Origin: the human T2T-CHM13v2.0 reference genome, Homo sapiens
Length of the DNA stretch: 64,000 bases
Assembly: GCF_009914755.1 (NCBI RefSeq)
Contig: NC_060931.1
Reading direction: 5' to 3' (one strand)
Part shown: in pieces, positions 45,170 through 63,275 of the stretch
How the letters are laid out: each line of letters begins with the position of its first letter
How positions within the stretch are numbered: the stretch's first letter is position 1
Notes under the pieces: model-generated
What the model saw: the letters and a program-made list of their open reading frames with translations, nothing else
The model's database searches: none
What the model was told of the DNA's origin: nothing
Program-made: the position numbers and the translations under genes

Positions 45170-47220
45170 CGTGTGTATGAGTGAGAATGTGTGTGAGACA
45201 AAGAGTGTGAGAGGCTGTGTAAATCTATGTGAGAAAGAGGGACAGAGAACTAATGTGAGAATGAGCGTGAGAAAGAAAATAAGTGTGAGAATATGTGAGG
45301 AGTGTGTGAGAACATAAGAGCAAATGTGAGAACAAATGTGAGACACAACATGTCAGAACAAGTACGAGAGAACGAGAACAAGTGTGAAACGAATGTGAGA
45401 ACAGTGTGAGGTGTGAGGAGTGTGAGAGAACAAATGAGAACAAGTATGAGTGAACAAGTGTGAGAACAGTGTGAGGTGTGTGTAAGAATGAGTGAGAACC
45501 AGTGTGAGTGAACAAGTGAGTGAACGAGTGTGAGAACAGTGTGCGGTGTGAGTGTGAGAACAAGTGTGAGAGTGAACGAGTGTTGAGAACAAAGTGTGAG
45601 GTATGTGTAAGAACGAGAACAAGTGTGAGAGTGAACGAGTGTTGAGAACAAAGTGTGAGGTGTGAGTGTAAGAACGAGTGAGAAGTGAGTGTGAACAAGT
45701 GATTGTGAGAACAAAGTGTGAGAGGTGTGAGTGTGAAACAAGTGAACGAGTGAACGTGTGAGAACAAAGTGTGAGAGGTGTGAGTGTAAGAACGAGAACA
45801 AGTGAGTGAACGACTATGAGAACAAAGTGTGAGAGGTTTGAGTATAAGACCGAGAACAAGTGTGAATGAACGAGTGTGAGAACAAAGTGAGGTGTGTGAA
45901 AGAACAAGTGAGAACAAGTATGAGTGAACGACTGAGAACAAAGTGTCAGAGGTGGGAGTGTAAGAACGAGAACAAATGTGAGTGAACGAGTGAGAACAAA
46001 GTGTGAGAGATGTGAGTGTAAGAACGAGAACAAGTGTGAACGAGTGTGAGAACAAAGTGTGAGATGTGAGTGTAATAACGAGAACAAGTGTGTGTGAACA
46101 AAGTGAGGTGTAAGTGTAAGAACGAGAACAAGTAAGAACGAGAACAAGTGTGAGTGAACGACAGAACAAAGTGTGAGAGGTATGAGTGTAAGAACGAGAA
46201 CAAGTGTGAACGAGTGTGAGAACAAAGTGTGAGATGTGAGTGTAATTACGAGAACAAGTGTGTGAACAAAGTGAGGTGTAAGTGTAAGAACGAGAACAAG
46301 TGTGAGTGAACGTGTGAAGTGTGGTGTATGTAAGAACAAATGTGAGTGAACGACAACAAAGTGTGAGGTGTGAGTGTAAGAACGAGAACAAGTGTGAGTG
46401 AACAAGTGTGAGTGTGAGAACAGTGAGGTGTGAGTGTGAAAGAACAAGTGAGAACAAGTGTGAACGTGTGAGAACAGATGAGTGTAAGAACGAGTGAGAA
46501 TGAGTGAACAAGTATGAGTGTGAGAACAAAATGTGAGAAATGTGTGAAAGAACAAGTGAACAAGTGTGAGTGAACGAGTGTGAGAACAGTGTGAGGTGTG
46601 AGTGTAAGAACGTGAGTGAACGAGTGTGAGAACAAAGTGAGGTGAGTGTAAGAACGAGAACAAGTGAGTGAACGAGTGTGAGAACAAAGTGAGGTGTGAG
46701 TGTAAGAACGAGAACGTGAGTGAACGAGTGTGAGAACAAAGTGAGGTGTGAGTGTAAGAACGAGAACAAGTGAGTGAACGAGTGTGAGAACAGTGAGAGG
46801 TGTGTGTGAAACAAGTGAGAACAAGTGTGAGTGGAATAGCAAGTGTAAGAAAATGAGAATGTGTGTGAGAAGTAGCGGGAAAGTGGGAGTGTGAGAACAA
46901 AGAATGAGTGTGAAGGAACAAGAGCGTGTGACAAATGAGAACATGTGAAGTGGGTATGTGAGAACAAAGAAAAGTATTAAAGAACAAGTGTGAGAACAAA
47001 TGTGAGAATGGGTGTGAAAACGAATCTGCAAGAGAACAAGTGTGAGAATGAGTATGGAAGCTCAAGCATGTGTGAGAACAAGTGTGAAAATGTGTCCATG
47101 AGAACAAATGTGAGAATGAAACCGTGTGAGAACAAGTCTGTGAGAATGAGTGCGGACAAGTGTGAAAGAACAAGTGAGAGAGAACGAGTGTGTGGGAAGG
47201 ACAAAATGGGTGTGTGAGAC
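45170..47220. repeat. 2-kb complex low-complexity tandem repeat (gtgtga/gaacaa/gaacga mosaic)
   Basis: Continuous mosaic of gtgtgagaacaa, gtgaacgagt and gtaagaacgag words; higher-order duplication of period about 170 at 46021/46191. Confidence 0.97.
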
Positions 47221-49441
47221 AGGAGGCTCCAAAGCCCAGTCTGAGGTCCACATGAGGGCACCGTGGAGAAGCCACCAGCAGGGCCCGATAAAGGCCTGGC
47301 TTTAGAAGGCGCCTTTGGAAAAGCAACTAAAATCAGCGTGCCCCTCCTTCCCCATGGACACGTGCCTCAGGATGCTGGGAGCCTCGCCTCTGGAGGACTG
47401 AGCTATTTCAGGAAACTGAAAAGCCAGTGGAACAGGCATTTCCAAAGGACAGGAAGTCACCTCTGAGCTGTTGCGGCTTTTCTACGAGAAGCAGAACGTG
47501 TACGGCACTCCAAGATCGGAAAACAATGTCAGGTTTCAACTGGAATGACACAGATGTATCCACGTGTTTCATGAAGCGCACAGATGCCCCTCTTCTCTCT
47601 ACGTTCCCTAATCCGTTGTGACGGGTGTGGGTAACGTTTACAATTCCAGGGCAGCTGCTTGGCACCTGACCAGTGCTGTATGCCTGGCATCCTGGCTGCA
47701 TTGAGCTCCACAGTTCAGAACAAGAATCACCTGGGAAGTCTGTTGGAAATACAAACTCAGGGCTCCCACCTTTCTCCAGTTTTTTATTTAGCAGATCTGG
47801 GCTGTTGGTAAAGTTCAAAAATGTTTTTCTTATGTTTCTAAGTCCCAGGACTTCTGAGAGCTTCACTTTTGACCACACGGGAGAGCTGACATCCTGAGCC
47901 ACCAGCCAGCGTGAAACCCCTCCTTCGGGGCAGCTCTGAGGGAGGAGAGGCAGGAGTGGGCTGAACTTGAAGGAAGACGAGATCCCCACAAAACAAGTGA
48001 GACGACTCCAGCAAGATCCTAATGAAAGGCCACAGGCCAAGTGTGGGTGAGTCAGAGAACCACAGAGGTGTGCACATCACGTGGTGGCACCTGCATCCCC
48101 GGTGTGCAAAGACGACCCCAGGGAGGACACTTCCCATGGGGAGGAGCCCGGGAGGAGGCAGCTGCCACTGTAGAAGGGCACAAAGGAAGCCCCGCCCCAC
48201 CTTCCACCTTAAGGGACAGAAGCCATGGGGGAGGGAAGCACCTTGAGAACCCACTGCAGCTGGGGAGAGGTCCCTTAAGGACATGGTAGGACAATGTCCC
48301 AGGCTGGTAGAGACCTCTATTGCTGGGGCAGGTGCAGACCCTCTCCTGCAAAAGACCCGCCAAAGACACAAGGCACAGGGAGGAGGAGGAGGGTCTCTGG
48401 GAGAGCTCTGGCCCCAAGACCCAGGATGGACCAGGACAACAGGAAGCTCCTCTGTACCCCCTCTACTGGGGGTGGGCAAGACTGTCCAAAATAATATAAA
48501 CATCAAACCACAGATCCCAGAAAGTCGGGGAAAAGAGCAGGATAAATACTGCAAAAACTCCCAGTTACTAACGTGTGGTCTGAGTCTGTGGATGTGCCTG
48601 TGGCCCTGACTCTGGAATTCACTGCAGCCTCATCTGCAAGGCTGTTAAGAATGGGCTTCAGGGAGCCCTGTTCAAACACTGCAACCCTCCTACCCCCAGC
48701 TGGTCCAGGGGTCGGTATCTGACCCAGCTGGAATGGCTCACAAGCCTGTAATCCCAGTACTCTGGGAGGCCAAAGGGAGAGGCCAAGGATGCAGGAAGAC
48801 GCAAGGCTTTCTCTGAAGTGCTGGCAGACATGCTATTCCACATGTGGACTGCAGAACCAGATGAAGCTAGTCTCAGAGGGAGAGGAAAGCGAGCAGAGGT
48901 GGAGAGAGTCACGAAGGCTTTCGAATTCCTGGTTCCGTTCTGTTCCTGAGACTCAACTGCAGTCCCCTGTACACGTCATGAGACATCAATATATGCTATT
49001 TTTATGTTTTAAATAAATTCGTCTCCTTTTTATCCCCATTTGCTTAAAGCACATCAATTTCTGGAGTCCTTGGCTAATAGGATTCAATTTCTTCTCATAA
49101 CAGAAGACACTGTTTCCATTTTACAGAGGAAGAAATGGAATCTGCGGTTCAAAAGATACCAGCAGCCAGCACCTCCGCATTGGGCTGGAAGACTCCAAAA
49201 GTTGGTGGATGAACATGTTTGGAGTAAGCCTAGGACCATTTCTAAGGGAAGTTTTGGGAAAGACCTCCGGGATCCCCTCTAGTCGAGGGATAAATCTCAA
49301 CAAGACTAAGGACTCTGAAACACCCTAAAACCGTATGCTGCCCAACAACTACCAAGTGAGAAGGATTCCCTATGCACAGCCAAAGGCAAACACCAATTGG
49401 TTGAGTTCTTACCAGAACAATTATCCAAGCTTTTCTCCTTA

Positions 49442-49797
<356 letters not shown>

Positions 49798-51563
49798 CTC
49801 CAGTGTCAGGACTAAACCTACATGTAGGAGAAATATTTAATTTCTTAAAATATGAAGACTACTATCTGTTAGGTATTATACTAAGCAGTTTACATTCATT
49901 TGGCATTTAATTTTCAGATTTAATTGTGTGAGGTAGGTATTACTGTCCTGACATGTTACAGATGGGAAAACTGAGGCTTAGAGAAGTAAGTTGTTCAAAG
50001 GCTACAGTAAGAGAAAGAACTAGGAGTGGAAAACCAGGCTGTCCAACACACACGTCTATCACTTAACCACAGCGCTGTGCTGCCTTCTTCACCTACACTC
50101 CAACTTCGTCACCTCAGCAATATTTAGGGTTTTTTTCCTTCAACAAGTTCTACATTATAAAAACTAAACAAGCCAACAAGTAGAAAAATGTATAAAGGTT
50201 TCGTAAGGGTTTCTAAATCATCCAAATAGTAGAAAGAAATTTAAAAAACCCACAAAATAAAAACCTTTCTAGAAATATCTTTCACCAGGATGAGGAGGAA
50301 TTACTTGGCAGCCAGCTGTAACTCTGTTCTCATATTTTCCAGTAAAATAAACTGAAAATTTTCCTTTTCACTGGAGTACGTTTGATGACTTTACTCACCA
50401 TATAAGGAAATGAGTGACTCTGAACTTCTCAGCCCCATCCTTCTTTTCTGAGCACTAAATTTCATTTGGAAGTTAATACGTTATTTTAAAAGTAAAGTCA
50501 TCAATGGAAGATCCAAACTAAGTAACAGCACTATTAAACTTTGAAGAAGATTTAAAGATTTGGATTTCGTTACATTCTGAAATGAACTTTTTAAAAAGGT
50601 CTTTCTCTAAATTGTTAAAAATGTCCCTGGCTAAAGATGGGTAAGTTAAAAATACTTAGCAATTTGTTAAGATTACTGAGGTTTTTTTGGTCACTAATGA
50701 AGTTCGTTTCTTAAACATAGAGGACTTTTAATGACTGGTATGGGAAAAAAAACACATTAATTTTAAATCTTATGAATCTCTTAACTTCCTGAATAGTAAA
50801 ATTTAATTTTAACAGTAAAATTTGACAGAGATGACCTAGGAGTTTTTGGACGTTCCCATGTTTCGTGTACTTAAAATCGATTCAAAATAAGCCCATTCTT
50901 TCAGTAATAAGAAAATCAGAACAATTATTTTATTCATAACAGAAAGTGATGACACTTAATTCTTTTGTTTTTATACAGAAAAAGTACAAGCTGTAGTAAA
51001 CTTAGTTTATGTCAGGTGTAGATAAACCCGTATTTTAAAAGCCAAATGACAATTTTTAATCAGTTATTTGAATCAAATTATATGAATTAATATTCCTACT
51101 TTAAATTACAAATGATGTTGAAGGTACTTCCATAAAGGACTCATCAATGGCACATCTTGCATCATTCATTTGCCAGACTCTAAGGAGACAGTTATGATCC
51201 TTGCTTTCAAAGAGCTAACAATAACTGTGCAGAAATTGCTGAAACAAAAGGGGCGAAGAAAGTTTCACAAAAGTGAAACAAAAGGGGTGAAGAAAGCCTT
51301 CTGCGGCAAAGAAAAAGGCACAGGGAGGTAGTGGCGAGGTGTGGGCTGATACAGACAACCATATGGGCAGTGTGCACCTGGAGAAGATGACCAGGAGCAC
51401 AATGAACACGGAGGGCAGCAAAGGGAGACGCTGGACAGAGGCTGCAGGAGCCCAGGGAAGGAGGAAGGAGTTTGTCTGGTGGGAGTAACAGTTCTGTTGT
51501 CTTGGTTTTGTGGGAAATAACAAATAGTATTAACTACTGTAAAACAGCAGCAACAACAACACA

Positions 51564-51728
51564 GTATACGTTCCACATCCCTAATCTAAAAATCCAAAAT
51601 GCTTCAATATAAGAAACTTTTTGAGTACTAGCATCATGCTCAAAGGAAATACTCACTGGAGTCTAACGCAAATATTACAAAACCTGAAACAAATCTGGTC
51701 CCAAGCATCTCCGATAACATTCAACCTG
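51564..51728 (+). mobile_element. Tigger4/Zombi-type MITE
   Basis: catccctaatctaaaaatccaaaatgct...ctggtcccaagcat...tcaacctg followed by TA. Confidence 0.7.
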
Positions 51729-52323
51729 TATATAAAACTGTGTGTACAGTTCATTAAACACACCCCAAAAGAGGAAGGAGATGCATGCTAATGACAGCAG
51801 CCCTTATCTCTGGAAGGGAGAAGAGGGAGGTTTACAGATGAGTCTTCTCAACAAAGTGTTCAGGAACATGAGCTCTGTATCAGACTAAACTGGATCTGTA
51901 TACAGGCTCTTATTAATTGTGTGACTTGGAAAAATAAGACTTTCAAAATCTCAGTTTCTGAACAGTAAGAGAAAACAATGTTAACATTTAGCTTTAGAGT
52001 CATGAGGATTAAATGAGCAAATATCTATAAATCATATTCAGTGAGGTGGTGAATAAAATGTGAGCTAAGACCCACCCTTCTGAAGAAGTCCATGTTTCCA
52101 AATTTTTGTAACATTTTTATAATCAGGAAAGAGAGCTGTTTATCAAGAGATAAGCTCTCAGTTAAGGCACAAAGAAATACAAAAAACTCCCACAGGATTC
52201 ACACAACAGAAAGGGACAACGGTGAGTTGATAAAATTTTGTTTCTCCACTTTATATATTCTTCCACGGGTATGTATTTTTGCCACCAAATGGGAAAATAA
52301 AAATGAAATAAATATTGACTTAC

Positions 52324-52413
52324 TGGTTTCCTAAGGAAGAAGATAGACAAAGCTCCAACTAAGGGCATATCTCCAATCAACGGTTCCAGGATCACCCGCA
52401 TGGTACCATGAAT
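52324..52413 (-). CDS. ESYT2: ESYT2 exon 6 (90 nt) IHGTMRVILEPLIGDMPLVGALSIFFLRKP
   Basis: Overlaps ORF 52162..52401; TTTAG acceptor, GTAAGT donor. Confidence 0.97.
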
Positions 52414-52664
52414 CTAAACTCAAACAGGAAACCAAAATATGTAATAGAAAACATTCTGCAGGGCCGCTTAACGCAAGGAGTTTGCATGCGAATCTTAGTA
52501 ACTTTTGAGCATGTGACTTCTTATTTATCTCAACTATGACCTACAGCTAAAAACTGAACGTCAAAAAAATTCCAAGCTAAAAAAACTTCCTAATTTTATT
52601 TTTGAATACAGCTTAGAGAACTTTAGAAAACTGTCAAATTAAAACAAAAAAACAAAAAACTTAC

Positions 52665-52737
52665 CTGGATACTTTTCACACCAGCTCTACAAAAATATCG
52701 TTTGATCTCCAAATCAATCTCACAATTTCCTACAAAA
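52665..52737 (-). CDS. ESYT2: ESYT2 exon 5 (73 nt) FVGNCEIDLEIKRYFCRAGVKSIQ
   Basis: TTAG acceptor, GTAAGT donor, phase 2/0. Confidence 0.97.
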
Positions 52738-54077
52738 CTAACAAAAAATTCTGCATTACATGATGTAAGTGAAATGAACTATTCTCTTAATCATTATAGA
52801 CCTGCAAGATGTATAATCTGAATAAAATGATAGTAAAGCAACCAAATCAGATTGTAGGTAAAAACCCTAAAATGTGGCCCATCAAATTATAGTATTTTAC
52901 TGCTCCAGGTGTGCAGGCTGTTATCAGATCCAACACTGCTATGACGTTGGGAGGAATACTCTCAATCAATCAATCAATGGCTGTGGTTGTTGTTGGTCTT
53001 ATATATAAAACACTTAACTAAATATAAATGTCCATGTTCAAAAGAAGATGCGAATAACAAACTGCAACTTCTGAAGCAGTCTTTTGATGCAATGTAGTTT
53101 TCTTACCTTATAAATCTGATGTTTAAACATTAAAAAGTTTAATTTTATTTCACACAAATAAATTTCACACCTTGCTTCCCAATCATGATAAATCTCACAG
53201 TGCCCTAGGCCTCTATAACATCAAAGACTAGAAACAGTGTATCTGTTTGGGGCCTCAATTTTACTCAATGATTAAGTCATTTCAAATATTAATATGAAAC
53301 AAACATAATGCTAAAGGCAAGATTTGCACCTGTTTTTAATATAAACATGAAATGTCAAATACTTTTTCCATGGGTTAGTGTAGGACCTGAACCCAACCCT
53401 TGGCTCTTGGAGGTAGGATGTCACACTCCTACCTGACAATGTTTGTTGGTAAGTTTGATAAATGCTAGAAAGGGAATGTCTAAGCAGATAAGCAAAATAG
53501 TAACAAAAGGAATCTGGGATAAGTTTCTTCCAATATTTATTGTCCTGGTGTTAAAGCCAATACCTACAGATTCCTCTCATTGAGAATTACTCTCTACCTA
53601 GTTGGTAAAATCACCACTAACCTGTTGCGAAACTATTAAAAAAACTTTCCTTTTCTTCATTCTATGACTTGATCATTTTCTTTTCTTTTTTTTTGAGATG
53701 GAGTCTCGCTCTGTTGCCGAGGCTGGAGTACAGTGGTGCAATGATGACTCACTGCAACAGCCGCTATCTGGGTTCAGGTGATTCTCCTGCCTCAGCCTTC
53801 CGAGTAGCTGGGATTACAGGTGTGTGCCACTACGCGAATTAATTTTTGTATTTTTAGTAGAGATGGGGTTTCACCATGTTGGCCAAGGTGGTCTTGAAAT
53901 CCTAACCTCAAGGGATCCACCCACCTGGGCCTTTCAAACTGCTGGAATTAACAGGCATGAGCCACCGCACCTGGCCTGGATCATTTTATTTTCTAATACT
54001 TTTCAATTACTCCTTCCCTATCTCTACTGCCTGCCAATTTGGTTAAAGTGCTTGTCTGGAACTCACAACAAAGCAGA

Positions 54078-54233
54078 ATGCATATTTGTTCAGAGACATA
54101 AATCTGAGCAGGATACTTGGCATATGTTACGGCAGCTAACCATGAAACCAGACTGATGCGTATTTGTTCAGAGACGTAAATGTGAGCAGGATACTTGGCA
54201 TATGTTATGGCAGCTAACCATGAAACCAGACTG
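54078..54233. repeat. Tandem duplication, 78 bp x2
   Basis: tatttgttcagagac...gagcaggatacttggcatatgtta...ctaaccatgaaaccagactg twice. Confidence 0.95.
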
Positions 54234-54348
54234 CACCTTCAAAATGGCATCCACTGACTGATGGACTCAAACTCGCTCGGTGCTGGGGACACTGGACAAC
54301 AGCACAAGGCTCCGACCCTCACGAAGCCTGGTATCAGCCCAGTGGGGA

Positions 54349-54400
54349 GAGTCCTCCTGGGGGCGGAGCGTCCTCCTGGGGGCGGAGCGTCCTCCTGGGG
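54349..54400. repeat. 19-bp GC-rich repeat x~2.7 containing GGGGCGG boxes
   Basis: gtcctcctgggggcggagc repeated. Confidence 0.9.
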
Positions 54401-54948
54401 CACTGCCTGACCCGAGACATACGTGGGCCTCCTCCTTTATTCCACTGATGACAATGGTGTTTGCCCTAGCACCAAATATTTTAAAGAGGCAGATTTTTCC
54501 ATATTAAAGAAAGTCTATGCTTCTTTCTGAAATAAAGGTAACTTGGTACCAACTTTGTACATTCACTATATTTAAATACTTTGTAAACTCAAAGATGATC
54601 ATTTTAATAAAATGATCCTTAGTAAAGGATCAAAAACAGCACACAACTCTGAGTTGCTAGACACTACATGGTTGTTCTGAGTGCACAGTACTCACTGGGC
54701 ACCACACACAGCGTGTTGTGAGGCCCCACGTGGAGCAGGAAGCCCTGAGCAAGCTCAAGGAAGAATGAGGATGAAGGACAAGAGAAGCCCGCTTTTAAGC
54801 CACAGCTGCATCACTGCCCTCCAGCCCGGGTGACAGAGCGAGACCCTATGGGGGGTGTGGGGGGAAGGAAGCCCATTTTTATTATGCTAGGCATGGCAGT
54901 TGGCAGATCTTCAATTTCTGTTTTTTTCCAATGTAAAACACTGTATTA

Positions 54949-55283
<335 letters not shown>

Positions 55284-55289
55284 CTACCC

Positions 55290-57780
<2,491 letters not shown>

Positions 57781-57991
57781 ATTTAACACATTTTATGAAT
57801 GGCAATGATCAAGGCTGTTAGAAACTGAGACCCAGAAGGTAAATAATATTTGGATGTCTAACAAGAATTTAGTCGAATTCCAATCAACAGCAGGTAAGAC
57901 GTGTGCTCACTGTATCCTCCACCTTACAGGTACAGCTAAGTGACATTACACGCCATTAACCATAACACAAATATAACAAATAAAAACTTAC

Positions 57992-58068
57992 CTAATCTGA
58001 AGGTCCAAAATAATTTGCCTTTTGTCTACATTTTCAGTGTATACCTTAACACCATTGATCCTGAGGGG
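57992..58068 (-). CDS. ESYT2: ESYT2 exon 4 (77 nt) PLRINGVKVYTENVDKRQIILDLQI(S)
   Basis: TTCAG acceptor, GTAAGT donor, phase 0/2. Confidence 0.97.
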
Positions 58069-58552
58069 CTGAAATAAGAAGTAGCTTATTTTAAGATACA
58101 GAGGTTAAAAAAAAAAATCAAACCGTGTAACATACCATAGAGACAAACAGAACAAGCTTTAAATTTCAGACTACAACAGGAATTAAAATTCTGCCTTCAT
58201 AACAGAGTGTGGCTTGATTTTCAGCTATTTAACACCTGTTCCTCACCTTCCTCCCGTGAGCTGCAGAAAACAAGGGCCTCTGTTTCATAAGATTACTGTG
58301 AAATTAGGTGACAAAATAAATGTCAAGACAGCAGTGCATGCCTTGCCCACAGCAGTTAATAAGCACTGGGTATGATTGCTGTTGTCAGCACATGTAACAA
58401 TACGTATGTGCTCTTTTCAAGCTTCTTACTCTCGTCTCTTCACATCTAACTTGACCCTTTCCCTCTACTCCATCCTTACTACCATGTTTGAAACATAACT
58501 TCCTTTCATTTATTCTTTATGTCTCATAATTTTTCATTTCTTAAGACTTTCA

Positions 58553-59125
58553 CGCCCAGGCGTGGCCGCTCAGGTCTGTAATTCCAACACTTTGGGATAC
58601 CAAGGCAGAGGACTGCTTGAAGCCAGAAGGTTTAAACCAGCCTGGGCAACATGGTTAAAACCCTATCTCTACAAAAAGTAAAAAAATTTAGCTAAGATGG
58701 TAGCGCACACCTGTGGTTCTAGCTACTTAGGAGGCTGAGGTGGGGCGATTGCTTGAGCACAGGAGTTTGAGGCTGCAGTGAGCTATGATTGTGCCACTGC
58801 ACTCCTGACTAGGCAACAGAGTGAACCCCCATCTCTTAAAAACAAAACAAAACTGGGCACAATGGCTCAAAGCTGTAATCCCCGCACTTTGGCAGGTGGA
58901 GGCGGAAGAATCACTTGAGCCTAAGAGTTTGAGACCAGCCTGAGTGGAGACCCCTATCTCTACAAAAACTCCCCAGGCGTGGTGGCGTGCACCTGTAGTC
59001 CCAGCTACTCGGGAGGCTGTGGTAGGGGGAATCCACTGAGCCCGGCGGGGGTAAGGTTGCAGTCGGTGGTGATCACGCCACTGTACTCCAGCCTGGGTGA
59101 CAGAGTAAGACCCTGTCTCAAAAAT
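58553..59125 (+). mobile_element. Two tandem AluJ copies
   Basis: Diverged Alu consensus twice. Confidence 0.88.
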
Positions 59126-60082
59126 GAAAGAAGCACTTTACCTTTAGAGTACTACTGCTTACTTTGACAAGCATGAGTGTATTAAAATCACACCTCTCAA
59201 CGAGCTGTCAAATCAAACTCTAAGCCTTTACTTGAAAGTCTAGCCACCTCCTATGCTCCCAAGTTCCCAGGCTTTTTCTTTATGGTACTAGCTAAGCCAT
59301 GTACAGACTGCACTAAAAAACACAATCAACACACTATTCTAATAAGTGAAAATGGGGCAGGCATGATGTGCATCAGATAACATACTCCCCAAATGACGTG
59401 GAGATGAGGGGACCAACCCCACTCCAGATGACTGGGCATTACCTAATGAAGGACAAACACCAGAAGGCAACATTGCCCAGCTGCCGGGAGTCTTGGTCAG
59501 CACACAGTCTGGCCAAGGACCCTGCACAGGACTCCACATGCCATTCTATCCATCCCTTCATCAGAAAGCCTGGGTTTGACACTTGTAAGACATTGGTACA
59601 GTAGATGAAAATGCCAAAGCTATCTTTATTGAATCAGCACTCCTCTTAATACTCTTGCTATTCTCCAAGGATTTTCTTATTCAGCTGGTATCAAACTTAA
59701 AGTGTGTGTGATGGAACTCAAACATAATTAAATTATTCCTAAAATAAACCCAGCTGAGATGGAATTTTAAATATCCACAAACACGAACATGCTGTAACTT
59801 AGGGCATAACAGGCTAAATGTGCCTTTGGCCTGACTCTACAGCCCTGGAGCTAGTATGGTTTTCACCTGGCTAAAGGGCTGTAGAAGAAGGGAGGGAGAG
59901 ACAGCAGGACAATGCAGTCCCTGCGGCCATGTACAGACAGAGCATGCAGCCCCTGCTTTACAGCATTTAACTTGTCACTGGGACTTTAACCTGCACTCAC
60001 ATGGCACTTTAACTTGTAATTGTGTTTTTTCCCATCTGTGGTTACCATTTTAGGTGTTGAAGGTAAAGTCAACACTGAAAGT

Positions 60083-60184
60083 GTCCTACAGGCGTCCCGT
60101 GTAGAGACATGGGCTCGCCCTACGGGCGTCCCGTGTAGAGACATGGGCTCGTCCTACGGGCGTCCTGTGTAGAGACATGGACTC
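60083..60184. repeat. 34-bp minisatellite x3
   Basis: cctacRggcgtccYgtgtagagacatggRctc repeated. Confidence 0.93.
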
Positions 60185-61024
60185 TTGCACAGGATGGCCA
60201 CACCTCAGGCATGTCACAGGAAAAGCAGCAGCACATACAGGCAGGTGTCACACGTAAAGCTGCACAGGAGGCACGGGGTCTGGAGTAACTGCTTCTGAGA
60301 CAGAGCATTCTCTGCACACACAAAGTCAGCTCTAATGGAGAAAGGTAGCCAGCAGCCTGGAGATCATGGGGTGTACACTGGTGCCCACTAACAGGTGGCA
60401 AATACACAGTGGCCATGCCAGACCCTCCCACAGCCACATCTATCACAACCCTGAACCGCACTGTACGGGGATGTCTGTTTGCTGACTCTGCTGTGTGTGC
60501 AACAACGTGTGCGGACTGTGTGTGTGTTTACAAGAACTATCACGTTCTGAGTCTTTAGGCATATAAAACAATGTTACCTTGGACTGTTGCTACTTAAACA
60601 CTGATTTAAAAATAGAAAAAGAAAAACTTCCCATGATCAACTAAATGTACTCTTGAGGCTTTTACGAAAGGTGGTAGGAAGTATCAGCTTTCCTTTTTAC
60701 ATAATGTGACTCCATTAACAAAATCCATCTTTTCTTCCACTTACGTAATGAATGTTGTACCTAACATACCAGCATTAGAGTCATTAGTAGTTTTGTTTTT
60801 TAACATCCCAAGAGGGGTAAACACCTTAAACTTGTCAATTACTGCACATTTAGCATGAATTCACATATCAAACTCGCTCACAGGAAAGACTACTTAAAAC
60901 TAGTGCTTCCGAAAAGGGCGTGCTGACAGAAGAACGTGGAGCAGAAAGACACGTGGTGGAGAAAAAGTCAGTGTTAAAGAGAAGCCATGAAACGGAGGCT
61001 GACATGGCCAAGACGGCACCGCGG

Positions 61025-61291
61025 ACAAGAAGGCAGCAGGATGGCCTCCCGGCAGATGGGAAGGGGCAGTGCGGGCGAGAGGGAAGCAGGACGGTCTCCC
61101 AGGAGAGACGGAAAAAGGCACCACGGCTGGAGGCAGAGCCTGAGTGACAGACAGGAAGGGGCACTGCAGGCGAGAGGGCAACAAGACAGCCTCCCAACAG
61201 ACAGGAAAGGGCACTGCAGGCGAGTGGGCAGCCGGAAGGCCTCCCGACAGAGACGGGAAAAGGCACCACGGCTGGAGGCAGAGCCTGAGTG
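61025..61291. repeat. Degenerate purine-rich minisatellite with two interleaved unit types
   Basis: aaaaggcaccacggctggaggcagagcctgagtg twice and gggcaStgcRggcgagWggg three times. Confidence 0.8.
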
Positions 61292-61353
61292 GGAAACGCA
61301 CCCGGTAGACCTTGGTGAACAATTTTCTTCAGAACATAATTTGAAGCTGTCTG

Positions 61354-62290
<937 letters not shown>

Positions 62291-62584
62291 TCAGTTTAAA
62301 CAAAATGCTATATAATGCATGACACACACGAGTGCTCGTGAGAAACCCTCGCAACAGACCAAACCTGGTTTTGAAAATAAAGGGCGGGAGGATCTTGTTG
62401 TTATGCAAAATCAACATGATCTAAATTCTAAAAAGTTATTAGAAAAACCAACTACTGATTAACCAATATGTTGCAGGAACTAGTTATTCTGGTTAAATAT
62501 GTCAGCACATTTAAAGATTTCTAGAAGTCCTGTGGTTTCAACTTGGTGCTGAAAACAACATTAATATTTATATAGTTCTTCAAT

Positions 62585-62879
<295 letters not shown>

Positions 62880-63233
62880 CTGTTATTGATTATTGAATTT
62901 CTTGTAAGTTATTTCTTTCTTTGTCATGTTTTTTAAAACTTATGATTGTTATAAAACAGACTTGAGCCCTGGCTGTTCAGAAAAGAAGACACATGGCCAG
63001 AGACACAAATATGCACATGCCTATACTTTTCTCAAGTCAAAGAGACAGTTCTCACTCTCTGGAAAGAAAAGAAATGCATTTGTTGTGACTGAGGTCTTTG
63101 CGGACCAGAAGCCAACCCACTAAAGTCCAAACGAGCTCAAATATTACCAACATGCAAATCCCCAAATATGGAAAGATGGTATCTCATCCTCCAATTCCAC
63201 TGATGGATGGTAGTTGGTATACTCTAATCTTAC

Positions 63234-63275
63234 CTTATTTAGCCATTCTGCTCTTTCAGTGTCTGGAAAATGAAC
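63234..63275 (-). CDS. ESYT2: ESYT2 exon 2 (42 nt) VHFPDTERAEWLNK, start of SMP domain
   Basis: CCTAG acceptor, GTAAGA donor, phase 0/0; too short for the ORF track. Confidence 0.97.

Noticed and set aside
45225-47326. Long ORFs of 580 and 657 aa (His/Ser/Thr/Leu-rich)
   Set aside because: Several frames of the same low-complexity repeat are open because its vocabulary lacks stop codons; no domain content
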